NCBI GenBank assembly: GCA_001724025.1
Contig: MEDJ01000019.1
Coordinates: 94,359-158,358 of the forward strand
DNA: 64,000 bases
Reading direction: 5' to 3'
DNA from: Acidobacteria bacterium SCN 69-37
Lineage (GTDB): Bacteria; Acidobacteriota; Vicinamibacteria; Vicinamibacterales; SCN-69-37
Position 1 is the stretch's first letter. Every line of letters starts with the position of its first letter. This document shows, in pieces, positions 1-8,833 of the stretch. The translations under genes were made by a program, and so were the position numbers. The notes beneath the pieces were generated by a model, which was not told the origin of the DNA, did no database searches, and worked only from the letters and a program-made list of their open reading frames with translations.

Positions 1-65
1 ATCATCCCGGTGATCGGCCTTGGCACGCGACGGAAAACGGTCACGAAGGTCATGGCTTCCTCCGA

Positions 66-1181
66 TCAGTGCGCGGCGGCCGGCGCGGGGAACCAGTGCC
101 GTGTTCGATTGCATACCGAACAGACCGACAACATCACCGGCACTTCGATGAGCACGCCGACCACGGTGGCGAGCGCCGCCCCGGACTCCGGTCCGAAGAG
201 CGCAATCGCCGTGGCCACGGCGAGCTCGAAGAAATTGCTGGCGCCAATGAGTGCGCCTGGCGCCGCGACGGCGTACTCGACCTTGAACAGGCGCATCAAT
301 CCGTACGTCAACGAGGAGTTGAAATAGACCTGGATCAGGATGGGCACCGCGATCAGTGCCACGTGGAGCGTCTTGGTCGTAATGTTCTCGGCCTGGAACG
401 CGAAGATCAGCACCAGCGTGGCGAGCAGGGCCGCCATGCTGACAGGGGCGAACCGCGGCAGGAGGACATTCTCGAACCACGCGCGGCCCTTCGTCCGTAT
501 GAACCAGCGCCTGAGCAACATGCCGGCCGTGAGCGGGACGACGATGAAGACCAGCACCGAGTAGAGCAGCACCTGGAAGGGGACGTGGAGCGAGGAGGCT
601 CCGCTGACGAGGAACGTCACGATCGGCGCGAACAGCACCAGCATCAGCAGGTCGTTGACCGACACCTGGACCAGCGTGTAGGCGGGATCGCCGTCGGTCA
701 GATAGCTCCAGACGAACACCATCGCCGTGCAGGGGGCGGCGGCGAGAATGATGCTGCCGGCGATGTACTGGTCGGCATCGGCGGGCAGAATCCACGGGCT
801 GAACACGTAGCGGAAGAACAGCCAGGCGATCGCGGCCATCGAGAACGGCTTCACCAGCCAGTTCACGAACAGCGTGACGAACAGACCGCGCGGGCGACGC
901 CCGACGTTGCGAATCGAGCCGAAGTCGACCTTCATCATCATCGGCGTGATCATCAGCCAGATGAGGATCGCGATCGGCACGTTGATCTGACTGCCCGCGC
1001 CGAACTCCAGGCCTCGCAGCCCCTGCATCATCGCCGGTACGGTCAGGCCCAGCCCCACGCCGACGGCCATGCACAGGCCCACCCAGAGACTCAGGTACCG
1101 CTCAAAGACGTTCAGCCGCTTCGGCGACGACACACGAGTGGTCGGTGCGGAAGACGGAATCGATGTAACGGCGTGATTCAT
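66..1181 (-). CDS. acr3: ACR3-family arsenite efflux permease
   Basis: Multi-TM ORF resembling ACR3 permeases (GAGSQINVPIAILIWLMITPMM, AAAPCTAMVFVW). Start trimmed to ATG 1181, just after the arsA stop at 1190. Last gene of the arsR-D-A-acr3 string. Confidence 0.9.
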   Translation of the reverse strand: MNHAVTSIPSSAPTTRVSSPKRLNVFERYLSLWVGLCMAVGVGLGLTVPAMMQGLRGLEFGAGSQINVPIAILIWLMITPMMMKVDFGSIRNVGRRPRGLFVTLFVNWLVKPFSMAAIAWLFFRYVFSPWILPADADQYIAGSIILAAAPCTAMVFVWSYLTDGDPAYTLVQVSVNDLLMLVLFAPIVTFLVSGASSLHVPFQVLLYSVLVFIVVPLTAGMLLRRWFIRTKGRAWFENVLLPRFAPVSMAALLATLVLIFAFQAENITTKTLHVALIAVPILIQVYFNSSLTYGLMRLFKVEYAVAAPGALIGASNFFELAVATAIALFGPESGAALATVVGVLIEVPVMLSVCSVCNRTRHWFPAPAAAH

Positions 1182-1189
1182 CGCCCACC

Positions 1190-2929
1190 TCACGCGCCAA
1201 CCGGATCCGCGGCGGGGACGTCGGCGTGCCACGGTTCGAGCGCGGCACGTGTCCCGTGGGCTGCCAGCTCGCCGAGATGAACGGCTTCATGCCTGCGTCG
1301 CGCACGCAGCACGGGGTCGGTCACCGCGAGCGGCGTCAGGCTCTGGTTGACTACCCACGCAAACGGTGTGATGTCGGCGCGTGCCAAGTCATGTTCGAGC
1401 TGCATCGCCTCGTGAATCGGCGTGGCCTCGGGCAGCGTGACGAGCAGGACCATCGTGAACTGCGGGTCTCGCAGGCGTGGCAGCAGCCGCTGCACCGCGT
1501 CCGGGGTCCCACTGGCCTTCCGCAATACCTCGCGGTGATACGCCTCGGCCGCGTCCAGCAGCAGCAACGTGTGGCCGGTCGGCGCCGTGTCGATGACGAC
1601 GAACTGGTCCTCACCCTGTGCGACGGTGTCAGCGAAAGCGCGGAAGACCGCGATCTCCTCGGTGCACGGCGAGCGCAGATCCTCCTCGAGCAGCGCACGG
1701 CCCTGCGCATCGAGTCCCTGGCCGGCTGTCGCGAGCACCTCCTCGGTGTAGCGCCGCGTCTCGGCAGCCGGATCGATGCGCGCGACGTGCAGCGTCGCAG
1801 GCCGTTCCCGGGCGGCTGCATCCACGTGCGCGGCGGGGTCGGTCGTGGTCAGCACCACGAGGCGGCCTGCGCGTGCCAACTGCGTGGCGATACGCACGGC
1901 AAGCGTCGTCTTGCCGACGCCGCCTTTCCCCATCGTCATCACCACACCCTTCCCGCGCGCCGCGATCTGCGCGACGAGCTCGTTCAGTGTCTCGCCGTGC
2001 TCAACAGGGTCCGCGGCGACTTCGACACGTGTGGGGCCTGGACTTCCGCCGGTTCCGATCTGCCGGAGCGCATCGACGCCGATCAGGCCGAACGGCAGGA
2101 GCGGTACATCGGTGCGCGGAAGGCTGCGGAGGCCGGCGGGCATGTCGTCGAGCGCCGCACGGCCGCGCGCCTCCAGGGCCGCGGCAATGGCATCGCCCGT
2201 GTTCGGCGCGTGGAAGACACCGTTGAGAATCAGCTGCACATTCCGAATCCCAAGCTGGTGGAGCTCGTTGCGCGTGCGTTCCGCCTCGGCGAGCGATGGC
2301 GCATCCGGACGCGCCACCAGGACGAGGGTTGTCTGTGTCTCATCGCGCAACGCCGCGTGTGAGGCGGCATAGAGCGACTGTTGCGCCTTGAGACCCGACA
2401 GCGGTCCGAGACACGACGTGCCGCCCACGTTGGTATCGATGAAGGTGGACCACGCCGCCGGCAACTCGAGGAGGCGGAGTGTGTGGCCAGTCGGCGCCGT
2501 GTCGAAGATCACGTGGTCGAAGGCCGACGTGGCGTTCGCGTCGCCGAGGAGTTTCGAGAACTCATCGAATGCGGCGATCTCGACGGTGCATGCGCCCGAC
2601 AACTGCTCTTCGATGCTGGTCACAGCGGCGGCTGGCAGCACCCCGCGATAGGGACCAACGACGCGCTCTCGATACGCACGTGCGGCCTGCTCTGGGTCGA
2701 TGTTGAGCGCGGACAAGCCAGGAACGCCCGGCAGGGCCTTCGGAACCGAGTCCAGCGTGACGCCGAGGACTTCGTCGAGATTCGAGGCCGGATCGGTTGA
2801 GACGAGCAGCACACGCGTGCCAGCATCCGCTAGGCGAATCGCGGTCGCGCAGGCGAGCGACGTCTTGCCGACCCCGCCCTTGCCGGTGAAGAACAGAATG
2901 CGCGTCGGGGCAAACGGTAAGGCACCCAT
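1190..2929 (-). CDS. arsA: Arsenite-stimulated ATPase ArsA (pseudo-dimeric)
   Basis: Two P-loops (GKGGVGKTS and GKGGVGKTT) and DTAPTGHTL in both halves. Start ATG 2929 overlaps the arsD stop (TAATG). Confidence 0.9.
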   Translation of the reverse strand: MGALPFAPTRILFFTGKGGVGKTSLACATAIRLADAGTRVLLVSTDPASNLDEVLGVTLDSVPKALPGVPGLSALNIDPEQAARAYRERVVGPYRGVLPAAAVTSIEEQLSGACTVEIAAFDEFSKLLGDANATSAFDHVIFDTAPTGHTLRLLELPAAWSTFIDTNVGGTSCLGPLSGLKAQQSLYAASHAALRDETQTTLVLVARPDAPSLAEAERTRNELHQLGIRNVQLILNGVFHAPNTGDAIAAALEARGRAALDDMPAGLRSLPRTDVPLLPFGLIGVDALRQIGTGGSPGPTRVEVAADPVEHGETLNELVAQIAARGKGVVMTMGKGGVGKTTLAVRIATQLARAGRLVVLTTTDPAAHVDAAARERPATLHVARIDPAAETRRYTEEVLATAGQGLDAQGRALLEEDLRSPCTEEIAVFRAFADTVAQGEDQFVVIDTAPTGHTLLLLDAAEAYHREVLRKASGTPDAVQRLLPRLRDPQFTMVLLVTLPEATPIHEAMQLEHDLARADITPFAWVVNQSLTPLAVTDPVLRARRRHEAVHLGELAAHGTRAALEPWHADVPAADPVGA

Positions 2930-3306
2930 TAGCAGCAACCCGATCCGGGCGTACAACACTCTTCCGACAGGCGAATCCGCGGCTTGGTCGGCGAGGCGCT
3001 CGCGGCGAGCCCGGCTGCGCGCGCCAGCGCCTCCCGTCGTGGATACGCGCCGTGGCCGAGCTCCTCACCATTGACGAGCACGATCGGCAGACACGTCGTG
3101 CCCTCGCGCTGCATGAGATCCAGCACATGCGTGTTCGAGACGAATGGCTGCGGATCCTGGGAAAGGTTGTGCCGCACGACGGTCACGCCCTGAGCGGTCA
3201 GCCACTCGACATCGGCCGCGAACGCGGCAAGCAGCGGATCCACACTTGGACCACACACCCCGGTCGAGCAACACATGGGCGGGTCGAAGACATCGATATG
3301 CGTCAT
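2929..3306 (-). CDS. arsD: Arsenic metallochaperone / operon regulator ArsD
   Basis: N-terminus MTHIDVFDPPMCCSTGVCG carries the ArsD-type Cys triad. The C-terminus is Cys-rich. It lies directly upstream of arsA. Confidence 0.9.
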   Translation of the reverse strand: MTHIDVFDPPMCCSTGVCGPSVDPLLAAFAADVEWLTAQGVTVVRHNLSQDPQPFVSNTHVLDLMQREGTTCLPIVLVNGEELGHGAYPRREALARAAGLAASASPTKPRIRLSEECCTPGSGCC

Positions 3307-3319
3307 ATGAAACCCCTTC

Positions 3320-3697
3320 CTACACGGCCTCGAGGAGTGCCTTCAACCGCTTCAACGCCGACGGGACGATGCAGTAGCCGACGCGCGGACCGTTCTCGTT
3401 CGCTTGAACGAGCCCGGCGCCACGCAGGATGCGGAGATGCTCCGACACCGTTGACTGCGCCAGCGGCAATTCGTCCACGATGTGACTGCACATCCGGGCC
3501 TCTTTCTTGGCGAGCATCCGCAGGATCCTCACCCGCGTGGGATGGGCAATCGCCTTGGCAAACGCGGCGAGCTCGTCGTCGGCGGCTGGTCCATCGACCG
3601 GAACGGTCAGCAGCTCCACGGTTTGCCCCTCGGGTGCGCAGCAGACCGGCTCGTCGGACTCGCAAGCCGGAGTGTTGGGAATGGTCTTGGTAGTCAT
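3320..3697 (-). CDS. arsR: ArsR/SmtB-family metalloregulator
   Basis: Winged-HTH signature AHPTRVRILRML...STVSEHLRILRGAGLV. N-terminal CC pair (EPVCCAPEG). First gene of the ars operon. Confidence 0.85.
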   Translation of the reverse strand: MTTKTIPNTPACESDEPVCCAPEGQTVELLTVPVDGPAADDELAAFAKAIAHPTRVRILRMLAKKEARMCSHIVDELPLAQSTVSEHLRILRGAGLVQANENGPRVGYCIVPSALKRLKALLEAV

Positions 3698-3718
3698 CGT
3701 TAATCGTCGATTAACGAT
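3696..3718. promoter_or_regulatory. Perfect 11-1-11 palindrome overlapping the arsR start codon (candidate ArsR operator)
   Basis: ATCGTTAATCG-T-CGATTAACGAT read directly from the sequence. The arsR ATG (3697-3695, minus strand) lies inside the left arm. Confidence 0.5.
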
Positions 3719-3785
3719 ATCACTGCCAAAGACCTGGCGTCAACTCCTGTAAGTCATTGATTGGATGAGGCGTTAGGGGCGGCCT

Positions 3786-4439
3786 TCAGCGGTGCTCGTT
3801 GGTAGGGGCAGTCCGGGGAGAGGGCTCGCTTCCTGCTCGCTCAGAAGGCTCCTGACAAGTGCCGCACTGATCCGTGCGGGCTTCGTAGCTGATGATGCCT
3901 CCACGTCGGTCGAGTGCGATTCGGCAACACTCGTCCAACGCCGTGCGCAGGTGCAATCGAGCACGCTGGACGCGGCTCTTCATCCCGGACACCGAGAGCC
4001 CAAACCTTTCGGCGGCTTCGACCTGGGTGACGCCCTCGAACTCGACGAGACGCAAAGCTTCCTGGTCAGCGGACCCCAGCGTGCTGATGAGAGGCTTCAA
4101 GCAGGCGCTGAGTTCCTGTAATGCGCTGCCGTCGGCATCGTCATCCGGCGCGTCCGCGATCTGCGGAGCGAAATCGACCGGCGCCCCCGCCGGCACCTCT
4201 CGCGTATGCGACGGTGCGCGGTAGTAGTCGGCGATGACTCGGCGGGTCGTCTGATAGACCCACGCGTGGAGCCGGTCCGAATCGCGAAGCGTCGGCAATG
4301 CGCGGTGCACCTGAAGGAACACCCGCTGCACGATGTCATCGACGTCGGCCGGCTGCCGAACGCGCCGGCCGACGAACCCACGAATATTGGCGCGCAGCTC
4401 AGTCCACACGCCTTCCGTGCTCAGCGACACGTCGGGCAT
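3786..4439 (-). CDS. ECF (sigma-70 family) sigma factor with Cys-rich C-terminal tail (SigZ-like)
   Basis: Region 2 (DDIVQRVFLQVHRALPTL...WVYQTTRRVIADYYR) and region 4 (ALRLVEFEGVTQVEAAERFGLSVSGMKSRVQRAR). The tail is ECCRIALD...QCGTCQ. It starts 7 nt after the arsM stop. Confidence 0.8.
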   Translation of the reverse strand: MPDVSLSTEGVWTELRANIRGFVGRRVRQPADVDDIVQRVFLQVHRALPTLRDSDRLHAWVYQTTRRVIADYYRAPSHTREVPAGAPVDFAPQIADAPDDDADGSALQELSACLKPLISTLGSADQEALRLVEFEGVTQVEAAERFGLSVSGMKSRVQRARLHLRTALDECCRIALDRRGGIISYEARTDQCGTCQEPSERAGSEPSPRTAPTNEHR

Positions 4440-4445
4440 TCTACG

Positions 4446-5249
4446 TCACCCGTTGCTCCCTGTTGCGCGGGGCTTGGTCGCCCGGATCAGCGCTGACGCC
4501 ACGAGCGTTTCGGCACCCGGCGACCAGCCTTGCACCAGCGCATCGCTGTTGGTCTTCAGATCCACGCGAATGCTCTCGAATCCGGCACCACGAAGCATCC
4601 CTTTGACGTCAGCGATGAGTGCGGCGCCGGAGACGCAACCTGCGTACGCGTCGAGATCGTTGCGGACCGCCGCTGGAATCTCCCTGAGCGCGACGATGTC
4701 GGAGATCGCCAAGCGCCCGCCTGGGGCGAGCACACGGTACGCCTCGCGGAAGACGGCTGGCTTGTCGGTTGACAGATTGATCACGCAGTTCGACATGATC
4801 ACGTCGACGGTCTCATCCGCCACTGGCAGGTGCTCGATCTCTCCGAGCCGGAACTCGACGTTGCGCAGGTCGGTCTTCAAAATGTTCCCACGCGCCTTCG
4901 TGATCATCTCGGGCGTCATATCCACGCCAATCACGGAGCCCGACGTACCTACCTGCCGGGCCGCGAGGAACGCATCGAAGCCGGCACCGCTTCCGAGGTC
5001 GAGGACTCGCTCGCCAGGCTGCAGTTCGGCGATAGCCTGCGGGTTGCCGCATCCCAGGCCCAGATCCGATCCTTCAGGGGCGCTCTGCCGTTCATCCTCC
5101 GAATAGCCGAGGGCACTCGAATTCGGCTGTTCGCCCGGGCCACAACAGCCCGAGGTGCCGCAGCAACCCGAGGTTCGCTGTTCTGATGCGATCCGCCCAT
5201 ACGTCTCTCGAACTGCAGCCTTTACCGTCTCGGTGTCCACGCTCGTCAT
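4446..5249 (-). CDS. arsM: Arsenite S-adenosylmethionine methyltransferase
   Basis: SAM motif [11 protein letters not shown] and N-terminal Cys pairs ([12 protein letters not shown]). NCVINL and GGRLAISD are typical of ArsM/UbiE-type enzymes. Start set at ATG 5249, which follows AGGAGG. Confidence 0.85.
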   Translation of the reverse strand: MTSVDTETVKAAVRETYGRIASEQRTSGCCGTSGCCGPGEQPNSSALGYSEDERQSAPEGSDLGLGCGNPQAIAELQPGERVLDLGSGAGFDAFLAARQVGTSGSVIGVDMTPEMITKARGNILKTDLRNVEFRLGEIEHLPVADETVDVIMSNCVINLSTDKPAVFREAYRVLAPGGRLAISDIVALREIPAAVRNDLDAYAGCVSGAALIADVKGMLRGAGFESIRVDLKTNSDALVQGWSPGAETLVASALIRATKPRATGSNG

Positions 5250-5434
5250 CACGTCCTCCTGGCGATCTCCGTCGCTCCTGCCTGTATAGACGGGGCCCCT
5301 TCCGAAAGGACGCACGGTCGTGCCCAATCGCCACATCCCTGCTCGACCGTTTGCGTCCCACAGCAAACCTCCCCGTCATACGGATCAGAACGCTGGTGAT
5401 CGACCTCGCCGGCCACAGCCAGGAGGCACTCAAG

Positions 5435-5653
5435 ATGGACACCACTCGGACACAAACGACAGATCGCGGGACGACCGACACGTCACTTGCAGCGAGAGGC
5501 ACTCCAAGCACCTGTTGCGGGGGATCCGCACCGTCAGGGGCGAATGCCTGCTGCGCGCTCGATGCGGACGTGAAGTCCGCGGGCGGCACGGGATGCGGCT
5601 GCGGGTCGGTTACGGCATCGCCGGCCGCCAAGAAGGCTGCGTGCTGCGGGTGA
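5435..5653 (+). CDS. Small (72 aa) vicinal-cysteine-rich protein, function unknown (possible As(III)/metal binder)
   Basis: AGGAGG lies 8 nt upstream of the ATG. Product is MDTTR...TCCGGSAPSGANACCALD...GCGCGS...AACCG. It is divergent from arsM, with a hairpin terminator downstream. No family recognised. Confidence 0.4.
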   Translation: MDTTRTQTTDRGTTDTSLAARGTPSTCCGGSAPSGANACCALDADVKSAGGTGCGCGSVTASPAAKKAACCG

Positions 5654-5769
5654 TGCCGTAGCGTGCAGTTGTCTCCGCGACGTCGATGCTGGCAAGGTTC
5701 TGAGGATTTCGCCGACGTGCCGAGTGGCTGATGGCGGCGGTTTGCTATGGTCGCCAGACATCAGAGAAC

Positions 5770-5806
5770 GGGCCTGAAATTGACGATTTCAGGCCCGTTT
5801 TCTGTT
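5770..5806 (+). terminator. Rho-independent terminator-like hairpin
   Basis: GGGCCTGAAAT-TGACG-ATTTCAGGCCC followed by GTTTTCTGTT. Confidence 0.55.
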
Positions 5807-5891
5807 GGTAGCTTGGTTGGCGTTGGCTGCCGATTGCTGCTCCTCGGACCGAGTTTGGGCACACTGCCGGACACACTGGAGCCGACGCCAC

Positions 5892-5912
5892 TGTGTGCCT
5901 ACTAAGCACACA
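5892..5912. promoter_or_regulatory. 7-7-7 inverted repeat upstream of brnT (candidate TA operator)
   Basis: TGTGTGC-CTACTAA-GCACACA, 20 nt upstream of the brnT GTG start. Confidence 0.3.
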
Positions 5913-5932
5913 TTGTGCTACGCTAGATCGCA

Positions 5933-6223
5933 GTGAAGTTCTTCGATTGGGATGATGCGAAGAACGCGAAGCTCAGGGCGGAGCGCGGCATCGGGTTTGA
6001 GGAGATCGTCTTCCACATCGAGCGTGGCGACGCGCTCGACATCCTGGAACACCCGAATCCCGACCGTTACGCCGGCCAGCGCATCTTCGTCGTCCGGCGC
6101 GAGGACTACGTGTACCTCGTGCCGTTCGTCGAGGATGAGCAGACGGTCTTCCTAAAGACGATAATCCCGAGCCGGAAGGCGACGAAGCAGTACCTCGGTG
6201 AGGAGTCCGACGATGAAGCTTGA
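5933..6223 (+). CDS. brnT: BrnT-family (DUF497) ribonuclease toxin
   Basis: FFDWDDAKNAKLRAERGIGFEE...VFLKTIIPSRKATKQY matches the BrnT pattern. GTG start. It overlaps the downstream antitoxin gene. Confidence 0.8.
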   Translation: MKFFDWDDAKNAKLRAERGIGFEEIVFHIERGDALDILEHPNPDRYAGQRIFVVRREDYVYLVPFVEDEQTVFLKTIIPSRKATKQYLGEESDDEA

Positions 6224-6479
6224 TGCCGACGAGAAGGAGTTGCTTGGCTCCGTCGAGCGTGGCGAATGGAAGTCCGCCAAGGGCGGCAAGCGCGAGCGCG
6301 CCCGGTACTCCCGTTACGCGAAGGCCACGTTCCGCAAGGATCGACGGCTGAACATCCGGTTGTCGAGCAAGGATCTGGAGGCGATCCAGAAGCGGGCGCT
6401 GGCAGAGGGCTTGCCGTATCAGACGTTGATCTCGAGCCTGCTACACAAGTACGCGTCGGGGCGCCTAAAGGAAGTCTGA
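6213..6479 (+). CDS. brnA: BrnA-type (CopG/RHH-like) antitoxin
   Basis: C-terminal RLNIRLSSKDLEAIQKRALAEGLPYQTLISSLLHKYASGRL. Start ATG 6213 overlaps the brnT 3' end. Confidence 0.7.
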   Translation: MKLDADEKELLGSVERGEWKSAKGGKRERARYSRYAKATFRKDRRLNIRLSSKDLEAIQKRALAEGLPYQTLISSLLHKYASGRLKEV

Positions 6480-6500
6480 CTTCACGGTGTCTGGGCTGTC

Positions 6501-8342
6501 TCAAGTGCCTCGTGCTTTCTCTTGGTCAACAGTGCCGGGCTCGTCGCGGCCTGTTCCACCATAGTCACCGTTTCGAAAGCGTTGCATCGCCGCTTCGGCT
6601 ATCACATCGAATCGCCCCTTAATAATGGCGCGGACGGCCTCAGTATTGAAGCGGTCGCCATTCGGCGCCATGAACTCCTCCAGCGAGATCATCCTCGACG
6701 GATGTGCCCGGTGGAACGACTTCAGGATCGAGTCCAGGCGCTCGCCTGTCACCTGAATCACAGCAGATAACCGATCGAGCGCGTCGGCTGTCATGACTGT
6801 GAGCGGCCACACTTTCGGATGGCCTACCTTCAGTCGTGGTTCCATGGAACGCAGGAAACGATCGGACAATACACGCATGACGGGACCGGCGTTGATGATC
6901 GGGTCCTGAACAACCAACACGGGATATATGTCCTCCACTGCGCGAAGGCCTCGAATGGAACTCTTCGCGGTTTGATTGAACCATACGGCCTCGATTCCGC
7001 TGCGGAGCTGATAGAGTCCTCCGTGCTTGACGTGCCCGAATTTCTGCGTCAGCCCCCTGAAGAACGCGGCTGGCTCCCCAGAGTACTTGTCGCCAGACTT
7101 GATGAATGTCCCCTTGCATTCGATCACGATGGCCGCGCCATCTCGAACAGCGACGGCATCCCAGAGCTCTTCGTTTGAAGATTCGTCGAGCGGGTTGGGG
7201 ACAAAGAACCAGTTTCTGGCCCGAAATATTTTGTCGAGACGGTCGAGGCAATAGGCCTCGAACGCGGACCCCCATGTACTGGTGAATTGCTTGCGACGCG
7301 CCATTGTGTCGAGCGCATTCATCACGCTCCAGAAGGCGTGCGCGCCGAGTCGCTCTACCAAGAGCGCGACGTCAATGCATAGCGCGTCTCCGTTGGGCAT
7401 GATCCAGAGCGGCGAGGCGCGGAACGGAGTCAAGTCGAACAGCGTCGTGCGGGAAAAACTCTCGATCTTGAGCCTGTCAGGCAGTTCGGCGAACGGCGTA
7501 CTAAGCGAGGCTAGCGCCTGAAGCAGCACTTCCTTCGATATCGTCTCGTGTGGCTGATCAGGGTTTAGATAGCCGCGTGACCGATCCGCCATCAGTTGCT
7601 TGAAGGTCACGGCAGACCAGAATGAGAACAGAAGGAAGCTGAGATCCAGCCAAGCTTCCATGCTGAACCCTGTTGTGAACAATGCGATGCGTTCGAGTCG
7701 TTCGAGATCCGCAGGATCCGCTGCGGCGGCCGGGAGCCTGCGGGTGAATAGGTCATGGACGCGAGGCCACGAAATCTCGATCGCTGGGGGATTTTCGGTC
7801 TCGTGCATTGGCCCCATCTGCGTTGCCAACCAGAGCGCAGTGGCTTTCTTGGACGGCGGCTCCTCGACACGGAACAGCCCATTCGTGAGAAACAACAAGT
7901 CGCCGATCACGTCGAAGTCGTCCCGCGTTTGAAGACGATTCCCGCCATCCGCGCGGCCCCAGGTGGCAACCAAACGAGTGACAAACAGGAGCTGCGTCCG
8001 ATGCAACAACGGTCGATTCAGCAGTGATGCGGCACCGAACTGTGCCTGAAGAGTGCGAAGCAACTTCTCGCTGATGACCTCGCGAATCAACCAGGTCTGC
8101 ACATCGCGAACCGGCTCGACGTTGTTGGTGAATTCCGTCTCGATCGTCGCGGACGACAGGAGCAGATTCAGAAACCCGAGAAAGTGCAGAGCCTCGTCGC
8201 GGTTCAACGTCGAGGCAAGCCCCGATAGCTCGGCGTAGTCGACGCTGCGACCGGGGAAGACCTCCTCCGGGGAAATGAAGGTTCTGATGATCTGCGGCAC
8301 GAAGTCACCTTGTTTCGTTCGACGATAGCCCGCACACTTCAA
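6501..8342 (-). CDS. Hypothetical 613-aa protein with PD-(D/E)xK-like motif in the C-terminal half
   Basis: Long ORF with no competing ORF. The motif string is GSAFEAY...ELWDAVAVRDGAAIVIECKG (E ... D ... E-x-K). No family recognised. It lies 95 nt downstream of the DUF6527 gene on the same strand. Confidence 0.55.
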   Translation of the reverse strand: MKCAGYRRTKQGDFVPQIIRTFISPEEVFPGRSVDYAELSGLASTLNRDEALHFLGFLNLLLSSATIETEFTNNVEPVRDVQTWLIREVISEKLLRTLQAQFGAASLLNRPLLHRTQLLFVTRLVATWGRADGGNRLQTRDDFDVIGDLLFLTNGLFRVEEPPSKKATALWLATQMGPMHETENPPAIEISWPRVHDLFTRRLPAAAADPADLERLERIALFTTGFSMEAWLDLSFLLFSFWSAVTFKQLMADRSRGYLNPDQPHETISKEVLLQALASLSTPFAELPDRLKIESFSRTTLFDLTPFRASPLWIMPNGDALCIDVALLVERLGAHAFWSVMNALDTMARRKQFTSTWGSAFEAYCLDRLDKIFRARNWFFVPNPLDESSNEELWDAVAVRDGAAIVIECKGTFIKSGDKYSGEPAAFFRGLTQKFGHVKHGGLYQLRSGIEAVWFNQTAKSSIRGLRAVEDIYPVLVVQDPIINAGPVMRVLSDRFLRSMEPRLKVGHPKVWPLTVMTADALDRLSAVIQVTGERLDSILKSFHRAHPSRMISLEEFMAPNGDRFNTEAVRAIIKGRFDVIAEAAMQRFRNGDYGGTGRDEPGTVDQEKARGT

Positions 8343-8437
8343 GGGAGTTTGGCACGGTAGCCCCTCTCAAGGACGGACCCAGAACAGATCCGCCGACGCT
8401 GTGGTCGTGACGAGCGCTCGTCGCTGCCGTTCGATTG

Positions 8438-8833
8438 CTAACCGGCAAAAAGTCGACTCAGCCACTTCCAGAGTCGCCGCCACCTGCCGACGGAGTAGGG
8501 TTTGGCGTAGTAGGAGCGACGCCGCTCCTGCTCCTGTGCGCGACCGGCGGCGATCTGTTCGGATGACCATGCCTCGCCCCAAACGACTTCGCCATTGCGG
8601 AACCAATAGTGCGAACGACAGCCTTGCTGCCAGTTGCCAACGGAAGGCCACAGGCTGGGTCCCTGGGGATCCTCTTCAACCGACCATTCCGTGGGTCCAA
8701 GTGGAGTGCGGATCTTTGCACCGCATCCGCACGCGCACAGATGCGCCGCCGTAAGGAACTCTTCGGAGACGTACAGAATGCCCGGCTGCAGCTCCTTGGG
8801 CATGTAGTGGACCCGCTGCAGGACGAACTTCAC
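8438..8833 (-). CDS. DUF6527-like Cys-rich (putative Zn-binding) protein
   Basis: CACGCGAKIRTPLGPTEW...PSVGNWQQGCRSHYWF matches my recollection of the DUF6527 pattern. The GTG start overlaps the E1 stop (GTGA). Confidence 0.7.
   Translation of the reverse strand: MKFVLQRVHYMPKELQPGILYVSEEFLTAAHLCACGCGAKIRTPLGPTEWSVEEDPQGPSLWPSVGNWQQGCRSHYWFRNGEVVWGEAWSSEQIAAGRAQEQERRRSYYAKPYSVGRWRRLWKWLSRLFAG

Noticed and set aside
69-1280. 403-aa plus-strand ORF antisense to acr3
   Set aside because: The product is Arg/His/Asp/Gly-rich and low-complexity, with no motif. The opposite strand encodes a clear ACR3 permease. This is a typical high-G+C antisense artefact.
5654-5932. Search for a direct repeat of the tRNA-Ala 3' half (attL) in non-coding stretches (5654-5932, 26256-27224, 38338-38800, 43511-43725)
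   Set aside because: By eye I found no copy of the GGATCGAACCGGTGACC-type segment. This is expected if a serine recombinase with a very short core is responsible. The left boundary therefore stays unresolved, and a computational repeat search is still needed.
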